Notes under the pieces: generated by a model | What the model was told of the DNA's origin: nothing | The model's input: only the letters and a program-made list of their open reading frames with translations | The model's database searches: none | Shown: positions 8,344-18,315 of the stretch, one piece after another | How the letters are laid out: each line of letters opens with the position of its first letter | Numbering within the stretch: position 1 is the stretch's first letter | Program-made: the position numbers and the translations under genes | NCBI GenBank assembly: GCA_965202985.1 | Contig: CBDBCF010000001.1 | Span: 1,504,001 to 1,568,000, forward strand | Direction of reading: 5' to 3' | Source: Longimicrobiales bacterium | GTDB taxonomy: Bacteria; Gemmatimonadota; Gemmatimonadetes; Longimicrobiales; Gaopeijiaceae | Length of the DNA: 64,000 nucleotides

Positions 8344-10637
8344 CCGGCCAACACGTCGAATAGCAGCGGCCACGTGACGATGCTTTGGCCTCGGTAGTTG
8401 GGCTGGAAGCCGAAGAGGATCACTTCGCCGCGGCCGATCCGCGCCCGCAGCATCGCCGGGCGGCCCGCCAGTCGTTCAGGGCCCAGGACCCAACCGGCCA
8501 CCAAGGGTTCGGGCGCGTACCGGCCCAGCACCTCCACCCGGTCGTCGCCGACCTCGAAGGCGCGGCTGCTCCGCCAATACCACACGGGCGTCGAGCCGTC
8601 GTAGCTCGCCGTCGTCCGATCCGGCGTCAGCTCCACGCGCAACAGGGACCCCGGCACATAGAAGTCGGTGCTGGGAAGACCGGCCACCGGGTTGGTCACG
8701 TTCAGCCCGAACAGATCGACGGCGAACCGGGCGGCCTCTTCCACCACGACCATCCTGCCGCCGTTCTCCACGAACTGCCGCACCGCGGCGCTCCCGGCCG
8801 GGCCCAGGCCGCCCGTGTACTGTTCGGGCAACGACCCCGGCGGATGCCCCTCTACGATCGACTCGGCCGACTGGCTTTGGAAGAGCAGCACGTCGTAGTC
8901 GTCGTTCAGGGCGCCCGCGCGGAGGCGGACGTCGTGGAGCGTGTCGTAGCGGAGGGCGTGCTGGTCCAGCATCCAGCGGGTCCAACCGGCGGGCATCGTC
9001 TCGCGGTGTCCCTTGTACACGCCCACGCGGGGCGCTTGGTCGCCGGACAGGGCGGGCGGAAGCTCGTAGCCCACGGCGGGCGGCTCGATGGGGTCGCCCA
9101 AGACCGCATCGGGCACGGATTCCAGCGCGTGCGCCTCCACGCCCATCAGCAGGGGCAGCGCGTGGGCCGTCACGTCGTAGGGGCGCTTCGGCGGCCCGCC
9201 GGGAAACTCCCGCAAGTCGGGGTACTCCTGCTTCGCCAGCAGCGTCTGGGCGAAGGCGGCGTAGGGCTGCTGCATGAGCACCACGAAGGAGCCGGCCGGA
9301 TGCGACGTGCCGTCGGCGGTGAACGCTTCTTCGGCGCGCCGCACTTCGACGTCGCCCATGGCCAGGATGCGAAGCACGCTCTCCAAGCCCACGCGGTTGT
9401 CTTGTCCGTCGGGGATCGCCCAGGCCGCCGGCCACTCGGGCCAGCCCGCAACCGCCCGTTCGTTCACGCGGTGGAAGTTCTCCAGCCAGTAGCGCCGGTT
9501 CCGCGCGGCGTTGGACAGGAGCGCAACGGCGCCCGAGAACTGGTAGTCGACGATCTCGGGAAGGCCCCACTCCCCGCCGCGCCAGGGCCAGGGGAAGTTC
9601 CACGCCGACTGCGACGCGTCGTACTCGCGCCCGCCCCGCACGCGCCCGGCCGGGACATCGACCGTCGTGGCCAAGCGGGCCGACGCGGTCTCGCTCAAGA
9701 TGCGGGCGCCGCCGTGGTAGTGCATGTAGGCCCTGCCGGGGTGGTATCCGTCAAAGATGGCGTTCACTACGACGCCCTGCTTGCCCTGCGACGTGAGTTC
9801 GGCGGCCATCCACGTGCCCAGCTGGTTCACCGCCGCGACCAGCCCCGGGTCCACGTTCGGCTCCATGGGATCGATGTACGGCGGGAAGAAGATGCGGGCG
9901 CCGGACCCGCCCATCTGGTGGATGTCGTGGACGATCTGGGGATGCCAGTCGTTCTGGGCGCGCACGGTGTGCTGCGTTTCCTTCTGGTAGAAGGTGTACC
10001 AGTCCCGGTTGTTGTCGTGGCCCGTGTAGAAGTGGTACAGCCACGGCGGCGCTCGGCCGTCGAAGGGACCGCCCGCGTGCTCGTTGTAGAAGTCGTTCAC
10101 CCACTGGGTGCCGTCGGGGTTGAGCGACGGGATCTGGAGCAGGACGACGTTCTCCAGGATCTCCGCCACGTCCTCGCCGGCGTCGGAGGCCAGGTGGTGG
10201 GCCAGCGTAGCCGCCACCTGGGCGCTCCCCACCTCGGTGGAGTGGATGGCGTGGGTGATCATGACCACGACCCTGCCCTCGTCCAGCAGCCCCGCCAGCT
10301 CGGCCTCGCCGTCGGCTCCCGCCGCCAAGGTGCGCGGGTCGGCCAGCGTTCGCTGCACGTCGCGGAGGCGGTCCATCTGCCGATGGTTGGCCGGGCTGGT
10401 GATCGTGAGCATCACGAAGGGCCGCCCCATCGTCGTGGGTCCCAGCGTGTCCATGGCGACCCGGTCGCTGGCCTGCGCCAGGGCTTCGTAGTAGGCGGTC
10501 AGCTGGTCCCAGTTGGCCAGCCTGCCTTCGGCGCCGGGCGCGAAGCCGAAGTGCGCTTCGGGAGTGGGAACTTGCTGCGGGCCAGCAGGCGCGCAGGCGC
10601 AGGCGAGCGCGACGGCGACGAGTCTCGAATGGCGCAT
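8340..10637 (-). CDS. M14 family zinc carboxypeptidase, secreted
   Basis: Signal peptide, IHSTE, SLNPDG, DNNRD and HDIHQMG motifs; C-terminal GATase-like domain. Confidence 0.88.
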   Translation of the reverse strand: MRHSRLVAVALACACAPAGPQQVPTPEAHFGFAPGAEGRLANWDQLTAYYEALAQASDRVAMDTLGPTTMGRPFVMLTITSPANHRQMDRLRDVQRTLADPRTLAAGADGEAELAGLLDEGRVVVMITHAIHSTEVGSAQVAATLAHHLASDAGEDVAEILENVVLLQIPSLNPDGTQWVNDFYNEHAGGPFDGRAPPWLYHFYTGHDNNRDWYTFYQKETQHTVRAQNDWHPQIVHDIHQMGGSGARIFFPPYIDPMEPNVDPGLVAAVNQLGTWMAAELTSQGKQGVVVNAIFDGYHPGRAYMHYHGGARILSETASARLATTVDVPAGRVRGGREYDASQSAWNFPWPWRGGEWGLPEIVDYQFSGAVALLSNAARNRRYWLENFHRVNERAVAGWPEWPAAWAIPDGQDNRVGLESVLRILAMGDVEVRRAEEAFTADGTSHPAGSFVVLMQQPYAAFAQTLLAKQEYPDLREFPGGPPKRPYDVTAHALPLLMGVEAHALESVPDAVLGDPIEPPAVGYELPPALSGDQAPRVGVYKGHRETMPAGWTRWMLDQHALRYDTLHDVRLRAGALNDDYDVLLFQSQSAESIVEGHPPGSLPEQYTGGLGPAGSAAVRQFVENGGRMVVVEEAARFAVDLFGLNVTNPVAGLPSTDFYVPGSLLRVELTPDRTTASYDGSTPVWYWRSSRAFEVGDDRVEVLGRYAPEPLVAGWVLGPERLAGRPAMLRARIGRGEVILFGFQPNYRGQSIVTWPLLFDVLAG

Positions 10638-10659
10638 GACGCGGGCTCCTTTTGGTCTT

Positions 10660-11424
10660 TTACAGCCCCGTGGGCGAGTCGATGAAGAAGGTGCGTACTC
10701 CGAGTCGGTCTTCCAGCACTTCGGCCAACGCCTTCACGCCCCACGTCTCGGTGGCGTAGTGGCCTCCCAGAAAGACGGTGACGCCTCGTTCCGCCGCCTC
10801 GACGGCATGGTGGTGCTGGACTTCGCCGGTGACCAGGGCGCAAAGTCCCTCGCGAGCGACGTCGGCCAGCAGCGCGCCCCCCGCGCCGGTCGCGACGGCC
10901 ACCTTGGAGAGCGTTCGCGGCCCGCCGGGCAGTACCCGAACGGGCTCGCCGGTCGCGGCTTCGAGGCGCCGGGCGAAATCGGTCTCCGACACGCCGCCCA
11001 CGCTGCCCGCCCGCCCCACGGGCGTACCCTTGAAGTCGCCGAACGGCCGGGTGCCTTGCAGACCCAGCTTGGCGGCCAGCACGGCGGCGTTGCCGACCTC
11101 CTCGTGCGCGTCCAGGGGAAGGTGGGCGGCGTAGAGGGCGAGTCGACCCTGCACCAGCGCGCGAAGCTTGCGGTACCGGTACCCCGTGATCCGGCGGGGG
11201 CCGTCCCAGAAGAGTCCGTGATGGACCACCAGCAGGTCGGCGCCTCCTGCCACGGCCTGGGCGATCGTCGTCTCGCTGGCGTCCACCGCCGCCGCCACGA
11301 CCTGGACGGGGCCGGGACCGTCCACCTGCAGCCCGTTCATTGCCCCGGCGTAGTCGGGGATCTCGGGCACGCGCAGGTACCCGTCCAGAAAGTCCGCGAC
11401 CTCCGCCAACGAGACCTTGGCCAC
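10660..11424 (-). CDS. Nif3-like dinuclear metal centre protein (YbgI family)
   Basis: NGLQVDG, VHHGLFW, HLPLDAHEEVGN, GGHYATE. Confidence 0.93.
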   Translation of the reverse strand: MAKVSLAEVADFLDGYLRVPEIPDYAGAMNGLQVDGPGPVQVVAAAVDASETTIAQAVAGGADLLVVHHGLFWDGPRRITGYRYRKLRALVQGRLALYAAHLPLDAHEEVGNAAVLAAKLGLQGTRPFGDFKGTPVGRAGSVGGVSETDFARRLEAATGEPVRVLPGGPRTLSKVAVATGAGGALLADVAREGLCALVTGEVQHHHAVEAAERGVTVFLGGHYATETWGVKALAEVLEDRLGVRTFFIDSPTGL

Positions 11425-11439
11425 GGCCGACCTTGCGCG

Positions 11440-11877
11440 CTAGCCGGCCGGTCCGGCCTTGCCGCCGGCAGCGGCCTTGGGCGCCGGCGGCACGGGCGAG
11501 CCGATGGTCGGCGGCGCCTCTTGCTTGCGCCCAACGGCAAGCATCCCGTTGACCACGCCCCCCTCTTCCAGATGAAGCCGGGCGGCCTTGATTTCGCCGT
11601 CGATCCGGCTCGTGGCCTGCAGTTCCAAGCGCGAATGGACTTGCAGGCCGCCCTTTACCGTCCCTGCGATCACGGCGTCTTGGGTCAGGATGTCGCCGGT
11701 GACCTTTCCGTCCTTTCCGATCTTCACGGCCTTGTCGGCGCGCACCGAGCCCTCGACGATCCCGTCGATCCGGACCGTGTCGGTGGTCTCGCAGTCGCCC
11801 ACAATGCGCATCCCCGTCCCGATGATGGAGATGATCCCTTCCTGCGGAGACGGAGCGACGGGACGATTCTTTGCCAT
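11440..11877 (-). CDS. Bactofilin (polymer-forming cytoskeletal protein)
   Basis: SIIGTGMRIVGDC...VRIDGIVEG...IGKDGKVTGDI...IAGTVKG beta-helix repeats. Confidence 0.92.
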   Translation of the reverse strand: MAKNRPVAPSPQEGIISIIGTGMRIVGDCETTDTVRIDGIVEGSVRADKAVKIGKDGKVTGDILTQDAVIAGTVKGGLQVHSRLELQATSRIDGEIKAARLHLEEGGVVNGMLAVGRKQEAPPTIGSPVPPAPKAAAGGKAGPAG

Positions 11878-11904
11878 TTTGCGATCTTTTCTCCCTGCCA
11901 AGAC

Positions 11905-12699
11905 TTACTCTTTCGGTTCGGGCGGCGCGACCATCGACAGGGGGTCGATGGGGCGAGCGCCACGCAGGATTTCAAAGTGAAGATGGGGCGCCGTGGACCT
12001 GCCCGTCGACCCCGACAGGGCGATCACCTCGCCTCGGCGAACCCGGCGGCCGCGTTCCACGACGAGTTCGGAGGCATGGCCGTAGAGGCTTCGCAGCCCG
12101 TTTCCGTGGTCCAAGAGGACGAACTGGCCGTAGACGGGGTGTTCCGCCGCCTCCACCACCTCGCCGGCGCCCGCGGCCAGGATGTACGAGTCGGACGGCA
12201 CCGCGATGTCCACTCCCGGGTGGTCGTCGGCCGCGCCGGACTCGACCAGCGGCTGGGTCACGAAGCCGGGCGCCGTCAGAGGCCACATCAAGGGATCGTT
12301 GTCGGCGGGACCATGCCCTGGCGCGACGATGTCCGGCCGGCCCGCCGGGGCGCCGATCCTGGCCCGCCACAGCGACGACTCCATCGGCTCCGCTTGGCCC
12401 AGCAGCACGCGGAAGCGGGCTTGGCGCTCTTCCAGCTCGGCCACCTGCCGCACCAGCGCCGCCGTTCTGGCCTTGTCGGCGTCGAGCGCGTCCTCTCGGC
12501 CGGCCAAGTCGCCGGCGTCCGCCACGCGTCGGGCCAGGGACGACCAGCTTGCCGCCATGCCGACGAACGCGACGATCGCCAGCACGCCCGCGACCGCCAC
12601 CGTCCGAACCGCGCGCTTCGACCAGAAGTACGTAGTCGGCTTCTTGTTGCTCCCTTCGGGCACGACGACGACGGAGTACCCTTGCCTAGGCTTGGCCAT
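11905..12699 (-). CDS. M23 family metallopeptidase
   Basis: TM + coiled coil, HPGVD, YGH, STAPHLHFE. Confidence 0.93.
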   Translation of the reverse strand: MAKPRQGYSVVVVPEGSNKKPTTYFWSKRAVRTVAVAGVLAIVAFVGMAASWSSLARRVADAGDLAGREDALDADKARTAALVRQVAELEERQARFRVLLGQAEPMESSLWRARIGAPAGRPDIVAPGHGPADNDPLMWPLTAPGFVTQPLVESGAADDHPGVDIAVPSDSYILAAGAGEVVEAAEHPVYGQFVLLDHGNGLRSLYGHASELVVERGRRVRRGEVIALSGSTGRSTAPHLHFEILRGARPIDPLSMVAPPEPKE

Positions 12700-12718
12700 C
12701 TTGCGCGTCCGCTCCCGG

Positions 12719-13633
12719 TCAGCCGACCACGTCGGCGGCGTCCTTGCCCGTCACGGCGGCGAAGACGCGCTCCAGGTCCCGCGCCCCGTGGAAGTCGATC
12801 CGAATCGTACCGGCTCCCTTGCCCCTCCAGCGGACGGCCACGCGCGTGCCCAAGTGCCCCCCCATGGCATCCTCGATCGCCTCGACGGCCGGGTCCCGCG
12901 GCCCGGCGCCGCCTTGTTCGTCGTGCGTCTTGCGAGGGCGGCGGCCCGTGGTTTCGGCGCGGACCCGTTCCTCGATCTCGCGAACCGACCACCTGCCCGA
13001 CGCCGCCTCGCGCGCCAGGTCCGCGGCCCGAGCCGGGTCGGGCACCGCCAAGAGCGCCCGCGCATGACCCATCGAGAGGGCGCCCTCGGTCAGCAACCGC
13101 CGGACCGACGCCGGCAACGCCAGCAGGCGCAGCGTGTTGGCCACCGCGGACCGGCTCTTTCCGACCGCCTTGGCGATCTGCTCTTGGGTCAGACCGAATT
13201 TATCCCGAAGTGTGCCGTAGCCTTGCGCCTCTTCAAGCGGCCCCAGTTCTTGACGTTGAATGTTCTCGACCAGGGCCAGAACCAGCAGCGTGTCGTCGTC
13301 CACCTCGCGAACCTGGGCCGGGACCTCGGTCCAGCCGAGCTGCTTGACGGCGCGCAGCCGCCTTTCGCCGGCGACGAGTTCGTAGCCGGCCCCCGAAGCA
13401 GCCTTCCGAACGAGCAGGGGCTGCAAGAGACCGCTGGCCTGGATCGACGCCCCGAGCTCCGCAAGTTCGCCGGAACGGAACTCCTTCCTGGGCTGAAACG
13501 GATTCGGCGAAATCGTTCGAACGGGCAGCGTCGGCACGCCGGCGGCGCCGACGGAGGCCGACGGCTCTCCCATGTAGTCGCCGAGGAGGGCGCCCAGGCC
13601 TCTGCCCAGGCGGTCGGCGGTGGTCACTGCCAT
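12719..13633 (-). CDS. parB: Chromosome partitioning protein ParB
   Basis: RLGRGLGALLG, NPFQPRKEF, VAGERRLRA, ENIQR, HTH GKSRSAVANTLRLL; start at ATG 13633. Confidence 0.96.
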   Translation of the reverse strand: MAVTTADRLGRGLGALLGDYMGEPSASVGAAGVPTLPVRTISPNPFQPRKEFRSGELAELGASIQASGLLQPLLVRKAASGAGYELVAGERRLRAVKQLGWTEVPAQVREVDDDTLLVLALVENIQRQELGPLEEAQGYGTLRDKFGLTQEQIAKAVGKSRSAVANTLRLLALPASVRRLLTEGALSMGHARALLAVPDPARAADLAREAASGRWSVREIEERVRAETTGRRPRKTHDEQGGAGPRDPAVEAIEDAMGGHLGTRVAVRWRGKGAGTIRIDFHGARDLERVFAAVTGKDAADVVG

Positions 13634-14457
13634 GCCGATGCTCCTCCCGCAACCGGGACTCCGGGCTGCACGGGCGCAGGGCCTCCCGCGGCGCGGGCGC
13701 GGGCCAGTTCTCGGGCTAGCGCCGCGTACCGGCGCGCGCCGATAGACGACGGCTGGTAGTCGGCGACGGCCAACCCGAAGCTCGGCGCCTCCGCGATGCT
13801 CACGTTGCGCGGGATCACCGTTCTGAACACGCGGTCGCCGAAGTACTTCTTGGCTTCGGAGGCGACTTGGCGAGAGAGATTGAGGCGCTGGTCGTACATC
13901 GTCAGCAGGACGCCCTCCACTGCCAGGTGCGGATTTAGGCTGCGCTGGACCAGGCGGATCGTGTTCAGCAGCTGGGTCAAGCCCTCCAGGGCGTAGTACT
14001 CGCATTGGATCGGGATGAGCACCGAGTCCGCCGCGACCAGGGTGTTCAGCGTCAGCAGCCCCAGCGAGGGCGGGCAGTCGACGAACACGTAGTCGTAGTC
14101 TGGCAGGACGGGCGCCAGCATATTCTTCAAGATCGTCTCGCGGTCGCGCACGCCGACGAGCTCCACCTCGGCCCCCGCCAACTCGCGGTTCGACGGCACG
14201 AGGTCCAGGTTGTCGTGGCCCCCGGCCCGCCGATGCACCGCCTGAAAGACCGGCAGACCCCGGATCAAGACGTCGTAGATCGTGGCGATATGGTTCCGTT
14301 CGGTAACGCCCAGGCCGCTGGAGGCGTTCCCCTGCGGATCGATGTCCACGACCAGGACGCGAGCGCCGCCTAGGGCCAGCGCCGCCCCCAGGTTCACGGC
14401 CGTCGTCGTCTTGCCGACGCCGCCCTTTTGGTTTGCCAGCGCGGTCACGCGGGTCAA
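13624..14457 (-). CDS. parA: Chromosome partitioning ATPase ParA/Soj
   Basis: ANQKGGVGKTTT, DIDPQGNAS, DCPPSLG; TTG start at 14457 with AAGGAGG upstream. Confidence 0.96.
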   Translation of the reverse strand: MTRVTALANQKGGVGKTTTAVNLGAALALGGARVLVVDIDPQGNASSGLGVTERNHIATIYDVLIRGLPVFQAVHRRAGGHDNLDLVPSNRELAGAEVELVGVRDRETILKNMLAPVLPDYDYVFVDCPPSLGLLTLNTLVAADSVLIPIQCEYYALEGLTQLLNTIRLVQRSLNPHLAVEGVLLTMYDQRLNLSRQVASEAKKYFGDRVFRTVIPRNVSIAEAPSFGLAVADYQPSSIGARRYAALARELARARAAGGPAPVQPGVPVAGGASAWQ

Positions 14458-14801
14458 GAGCCGCACGCCTCCTTGCGTTTGGGTGAGGGATCGTCGCGCC
14501 CGCATCGGCACCCGACTCGGCTTGGCCCTCTGCGCCCTCGCTCGGTGCGGACCAACTGCCGAAGCGCCACAATGTAATAGGTGCGATCCCTCTCGTCGCA
14601 AGCTCGCCTCGCCGCCGAGCGCGCCGGGGGTCCCGGCGGGATAGAACACGCCGACAACTGCTGGACGGGCAAGTCAATGGCCGAAACCGTCGCTGGGAGA
14701 GCGTTTTCCGGCTTACAAGGCGCAGGCGGAGGGGGAATTCAGTCCAAAGCGCCCGCGCGGGCCGAGGCCGTCAGCCGAGAGCTTCCGCAGTCGGGGCTGC
14801 G

Positions 14802-15005
14802 TGTTTCACGTGAAACACCGGCTCAAAGCGCAAAGACAAGCTTGGTCTTGTCTCACGTGGAACATGCTGATCTCCAGACGACCGCTCGCCGGGCGCATGG
14901 TCCGTCCGCGCCTGTTTCACATGGGATACCGCTTTCACAAGGGAAACTGCCACTTGCCGCGAGGGGATCTGTTCGAGGCAGGCTCGACCTGTTTCACGTG
15001 GAACC
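14802..15005. promoter_or_regulatory. parS: Cluster of parS centromere-like sites
   Basis: TGTTTCACGTGAAACA (14802-14817, perfect palindrome), TGTCTCACGTGGAACA (14849-14864), TGTTTCACATGGGATA (14913-14928, degenerate), TGTTTCACGTGGAACC (14990-15005), just upstream of parAB. Confidence 0.92.
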
Positions 15006-16892
15006 CTGTCGGTCTTCCCCTGCGGGTTGTCCCAAACGGCGCACTTCCATCACCAAGTTCTGAAGGTCCGCGGGCGACACGCCCGGTATTCGTCCAGCCT
15101 GGGCCAAGTTGGACGGTCGTATTCTGGCCAACTTCTGTCGAGCTTCCCAAGACAACGTGGTGAAATCGGCGAAAGGGGCGTCTTCGGGGATGCCGAACCG
15201 AGCTTGGCGGCGGAGCTTGGCGGCGCGTTCGGTTTCCCGCTCAACGTATCCTTCGTACTTGGCGTCGACTTCCACGGTGGCCAGGACATCCGGGTCGAAC
15301 GACGGGGCATCTTCGGCGACGGCCTCGGTCAACGCCTTGGCGTGCACGCCGGGGCGACGAAGGAGCTTTCGCATGCGCACCGGCTCCGAGATCGGCGAGC
15401 TTCCGACGGCCTCCAATACGGGGTTCGCGGCCTCTGGCGCGATGGCCGTCTCTCGGAACCAGACCAGGGAACGTCGCTCTTTGGCCAGCCTGTCGTTCAG
15501 GGTACGTTTCTGGTGGTTCGTCAACAGGCCGACCTCCCGGGCGAGCGTGCCCAGCCGGCGTGCACCGTTGTCTTGTCGCAGCAACAGCCGGAACTCGGCC
15601 CGGGACGTGAACAAACGGTACGGCTCGTCCACGCCCTTCGTGACCAAGTCGTCCACCAGGACTCCCACGTACCCCTGGTCCCGCTCCACGATGAAGGGCT
15701 TGCGCCCCTGCACGGCCAGGGCGGCGTTGGCTCCCGCCGCCAGTCCCTGCGCCGCAGCCTCTTCATAGCCGGTCGTGCCGTTGATCTGGCCGGCGAAGTA
15801 GAGCCCGGGGACGGAACGCACCTCCAGCGTGTGTCGAAGCTGGTGGGGCGGAAAGTAGTCGTATTCGACTGCGTAGCCGGGCCTTGTGATCTTCGCGTCC
15901 TCCAGTCCCGGGATCGACCGAAGGAACGCCAGCTGAACATCCGGCGGCAAGGACGTCGACAGGCCGTTCACGTAGAGTTCGGTGGTGTCCAGTCCTTCGG
16001 GCTCCAAGAACACCTGGTGGCGAGGAGCGTTCGGAAAGCGAACAACCTTGTCTTCAATCGAGGGACAGTACCGGGGGCCGCGGCCCGAGATCTCGCCGCC
16101 GTACAGAGCGCTTCGCGCCAGGTTGCGGGTGACGATCTCCTTCAGTGCCCGACCCGTCCAAGCGACCCAGCACGGCCGTTGTTCCAAGAGGGGCTCGCGG
16201 GCGTAGCAGCAGAAGCGGAATGCCCCGCCGTCGGCGTCCCCGTCCTGCCGCTGGCAACGGTCCAAATCCACCGTCCGTCCGTCCACGCGAGGAGGCGTGC
16301 CGGTCTTGAACCGCGCGATCTCGAGCCCCCGGCTCTCGAGGGCCTCGGCCAACTCCAAGGAAGGACCTTCGCCCGCCCGGCCAGCCCCCAACGCGGAGGC
16401 GCCGCCCATGTGAATCCGGCCCCGCAGGAACGTGCCCGCGGTCACGACCACGGCTTTGCCTTCGAATACGATCCCGCCACGGGTCGCGACCCCCTGCACC
16501 CGCCCGTCGAACTGCACTCCGGTCACCATTTCCTGGAAGAGGTCCAGGTTGGCCAACTCGTCCAGGGCGCGCCGCGCGGCAATGGGATACAGCGCCCGGT
16601 CGCATTGTGCACGTGGACCCCACACCGCCGGCCCCTTGGACCGGTTGAGCATTCGGAACTGGATGCGGGCGGCGTCGGTGGCCCGCGCCATGATCCCCCC
16701 CAAGGCGCCCACCTCGCGGGCAACGGTGCCCTTGGCCACGCCGCCGATTGCGGGGTTGCAGCTCATTTGGGCGATCCGACCCAGATCCGGAGTCACCAAG
16801 ACCGTCCGGGCGCCCAGCCTTGCCGACGCGGCCGCCGCCTCCACGCCGGCGTGGCCGCCCCCGACGACGATCACGTCGTACCGCAGTCGCAT
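14994..16892 (-). CDS. mnmG: tRNA uridine-5-carboxymethylaminomethyl modification enzyme MnmG/GidA
   Basis: [53 protein letters not shown]. Confidence 0.98.
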   Translation of the reverse strand: MRLRYDVIVVGGGHAGVEAAAASARLGARTVLVTPDLGRIAQMSCNPAIGGVAKGTVAREVGALGGIMARATDAARIQFRMLNRSKGPAVWGPRAQCDRALYPIAARRALDELANLDLFQEMVTGVQFDGRVQGVATRGGIVFEGKAVVVTAGTFLRGRIHMGGASALGAGRAGEGPSLELAEALESRGLEIARFKTGTPPRVDGRTVDLDRCQRQDGDADGGAFRFCCYAREPLLEQRPCWVAWTGRALKEIVTRNLARSALYGGEISGRGPRYCPSIEDKVVRFPNAPRHQVFLEPEGLDTTELYVNGLSTSLPPDVQLAFLRSIPGLEDAKITRPGYAVEYDYFPPHQLRHTLEVRSVPGLYFAGQINGTTGYEEAAAQGLAAGANAALAVQGRKPFIVERDQGYVGVLVDDLVTKGVDEPYRLFTSRAEFRLLLRQDNGARRLGTLAREVGLLTNHQKRTLNDRLAKERRSLVWFRETAIAPEAANPVLEAVGSSPISEPVRMRKLLRRPGVHAKALTEAVAEDAPSFDPDVLATVEVDAKYEGYVERETERAAKLRRQARFGIPEDAPFADFTTLSWEARQKLARIRPSNLAQAGRIPGVSPADLQNLVMEVRRLGQPAGEDRQGST

Positions 16893-16907
16893 GAATCCCC
16901 TCCGCGC

Positions 16908-18302
16908 CTACTTCCCGATGCAGAAGTCCTTGAAGACCCGATCCAGCACCTCGTCGGAGGCCACGACCCCCAAGACGTCCTCCAGCGCCGACTCGGCAGC
17001 CCGAATATGAGCCGAAGCCGCTTCCGGCGGAACATCTCGTTCCAGGGCCTGGGCGAAGCCCGACAGCTCGCCCTGCGCTTCCTTCAGCAGCTCGGCTTGG
17101 CGCCGGGTCGTCACCACAGGGACTTCGTTGCGCCGCTCCACGACGTCTCGAAACGCCAGATCGACCAGCGCGCGCTTCACCTCGGCAAGCCCCTGGCCCG
17201 TCCGAACGGAGACGGGGATCTCTCCGGGCGCGGGGGCCTGATCGTCGCGCGCCAAGTCCCACTTCGTGCGCAGGAACACCTTGGCCGCGCTGTCCGCTTC
17301 GGCCAGCGTCGGCGCGAGGGCTGGATTGGGCGTCGCCGCCGCCGCAGGCGCCTCCGCAACCGTCTCGCGACAGACGACCACGATGTCCGCTCCCTTCAGG
17401 TAACGATGCGCGACCTCGATTCCCAGCTGCTCCACCCCCTCGGTCCCCGTCCGCAGACCAGCCGTGTCCACCAACCGGAACGGGAACCCCTCGATGGACG
17501 CCGCGGCTTCGATGGCGTCGCGGGTCGTTCCTGCGGCCGGCGTCACGATCGCCCTCTCGACCCCCAGCAACGCATTGAACAGGCTCGACTTGCCGGCGTT
17601 CGGCGGACCCGCCAGCACGGTCAGCGCACCCTCCCGCAGGAGCTCCCCCGCCGGCGCCGTCGACAGCAGGCGGGCCACATCGTGCGCCACGCGCCGCGCT
17701 TCGTCCGCGACAGTCCCCAGCGAGACCGGCGCCTCGTCCTCTTCGGGGAAATCGATGTGCTGCACCAGCAGCGCCGAGAGCCCGATCAACCGCGACCGCA
17801 ACAAGGCCACGCGCCGGCCCAGTCCGCGCTCGAGCTGGTGAAGCGCCACGCCGCGCCCTTGCGCCGAAGCCGTCGCCGTCAAGTGACCGACCGCCTCCGC
17901 CTGCGTCAGGTCCAGCTTGCCGTTCAGGTACGCCCGCTGCGTGAACTCCCCCGGGCGCGCCCGCCTGGCCCCCAGCGCCACGCAGGCCTCGACCACGCTC
18001 TCGGGCACATAGCGCCCCCCGTGGGTGGACACCTCCACCACATCTTCGCCCGTGTAGCTTGCCGGGGCGCGAAAGAGCGTGACCAGCCCCTTGTCCAACA
18101 CCTCCGCCGAAGGTTTGGGGCGGCGAAGCGAGCAGAGCCGGGCCGTTCGGCTGGGCCACCGGCGAACGTCGGTTCGAACGAGGGCGCCGACCATTGCGAG
18201 GGCGTTCGGCCCCGACAGGCGAACCACGGCCACGGCCCCAACGCCCGGCGGCGTGGCGCAGGCGACGATGGTGTCGGAGTCCACGGGCGCCAAGTCCCCC
18301 AA
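16908..18302 (-). CDS. mnmE: tRNA modification GTPase MnmE/TrmE
   Basis: SYTGEDVVE, PGEFTQRAYLNGK, GPPNAGKSS, GTTRD, DTAG, C-terminal FCIGK. Confidence 0.98.
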   Translation of the reverse strand: MGDLAPVDSDTIVACATPPGVGAVAVVRLSGPNALAMVGALVRTDVRRWPSRTARLCSLRRPKPSAEVLDKGLVTLFRAPASYTGEDVVEVSTHGGRYVPESVVEACVALGARRARPGEFTQRAYLNGKLDLTQAEAVGHLTATASAQGRGVALHQLERGLGRRVALLRSRLIGLSALLVQHIDFPEEDEAPVSLGTVADEARRVAHDVARLLSTAPAGELLREGALTVLAGPPNAGKSSLFNALLGVERAIVTPAAGTTRDAIEAAASIEGFPFRLVDTAGLRTGTEGVEQLGIEVAHRYLKGADIVVVCRETVAEAPAAAATPNPALAPTLAEADSAAKVFLRTKWDLARDDQAPAPGEIPVSVRTGQGLAEVKRALVDLAFRDVVERRNEVPVVTTRRQAELLKEAQGELSGFAQALERDVPPEAASAHIRAAESALEDVLGVVASDEVLDRVFKDFCIGK

Positions 18303-18315
18303 CGCGGTCTCGTGG

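Noticed and set aside
10513..13347. 944-aa plus-strand ORF
   Set aside because: Antisense to four well-supported genes.
14802..15005. Spaced repeats resembling a mini CRISPR array
   Set aside because: Repeats are 16-bp parS palindromes with irregular spacing; no cas genes.
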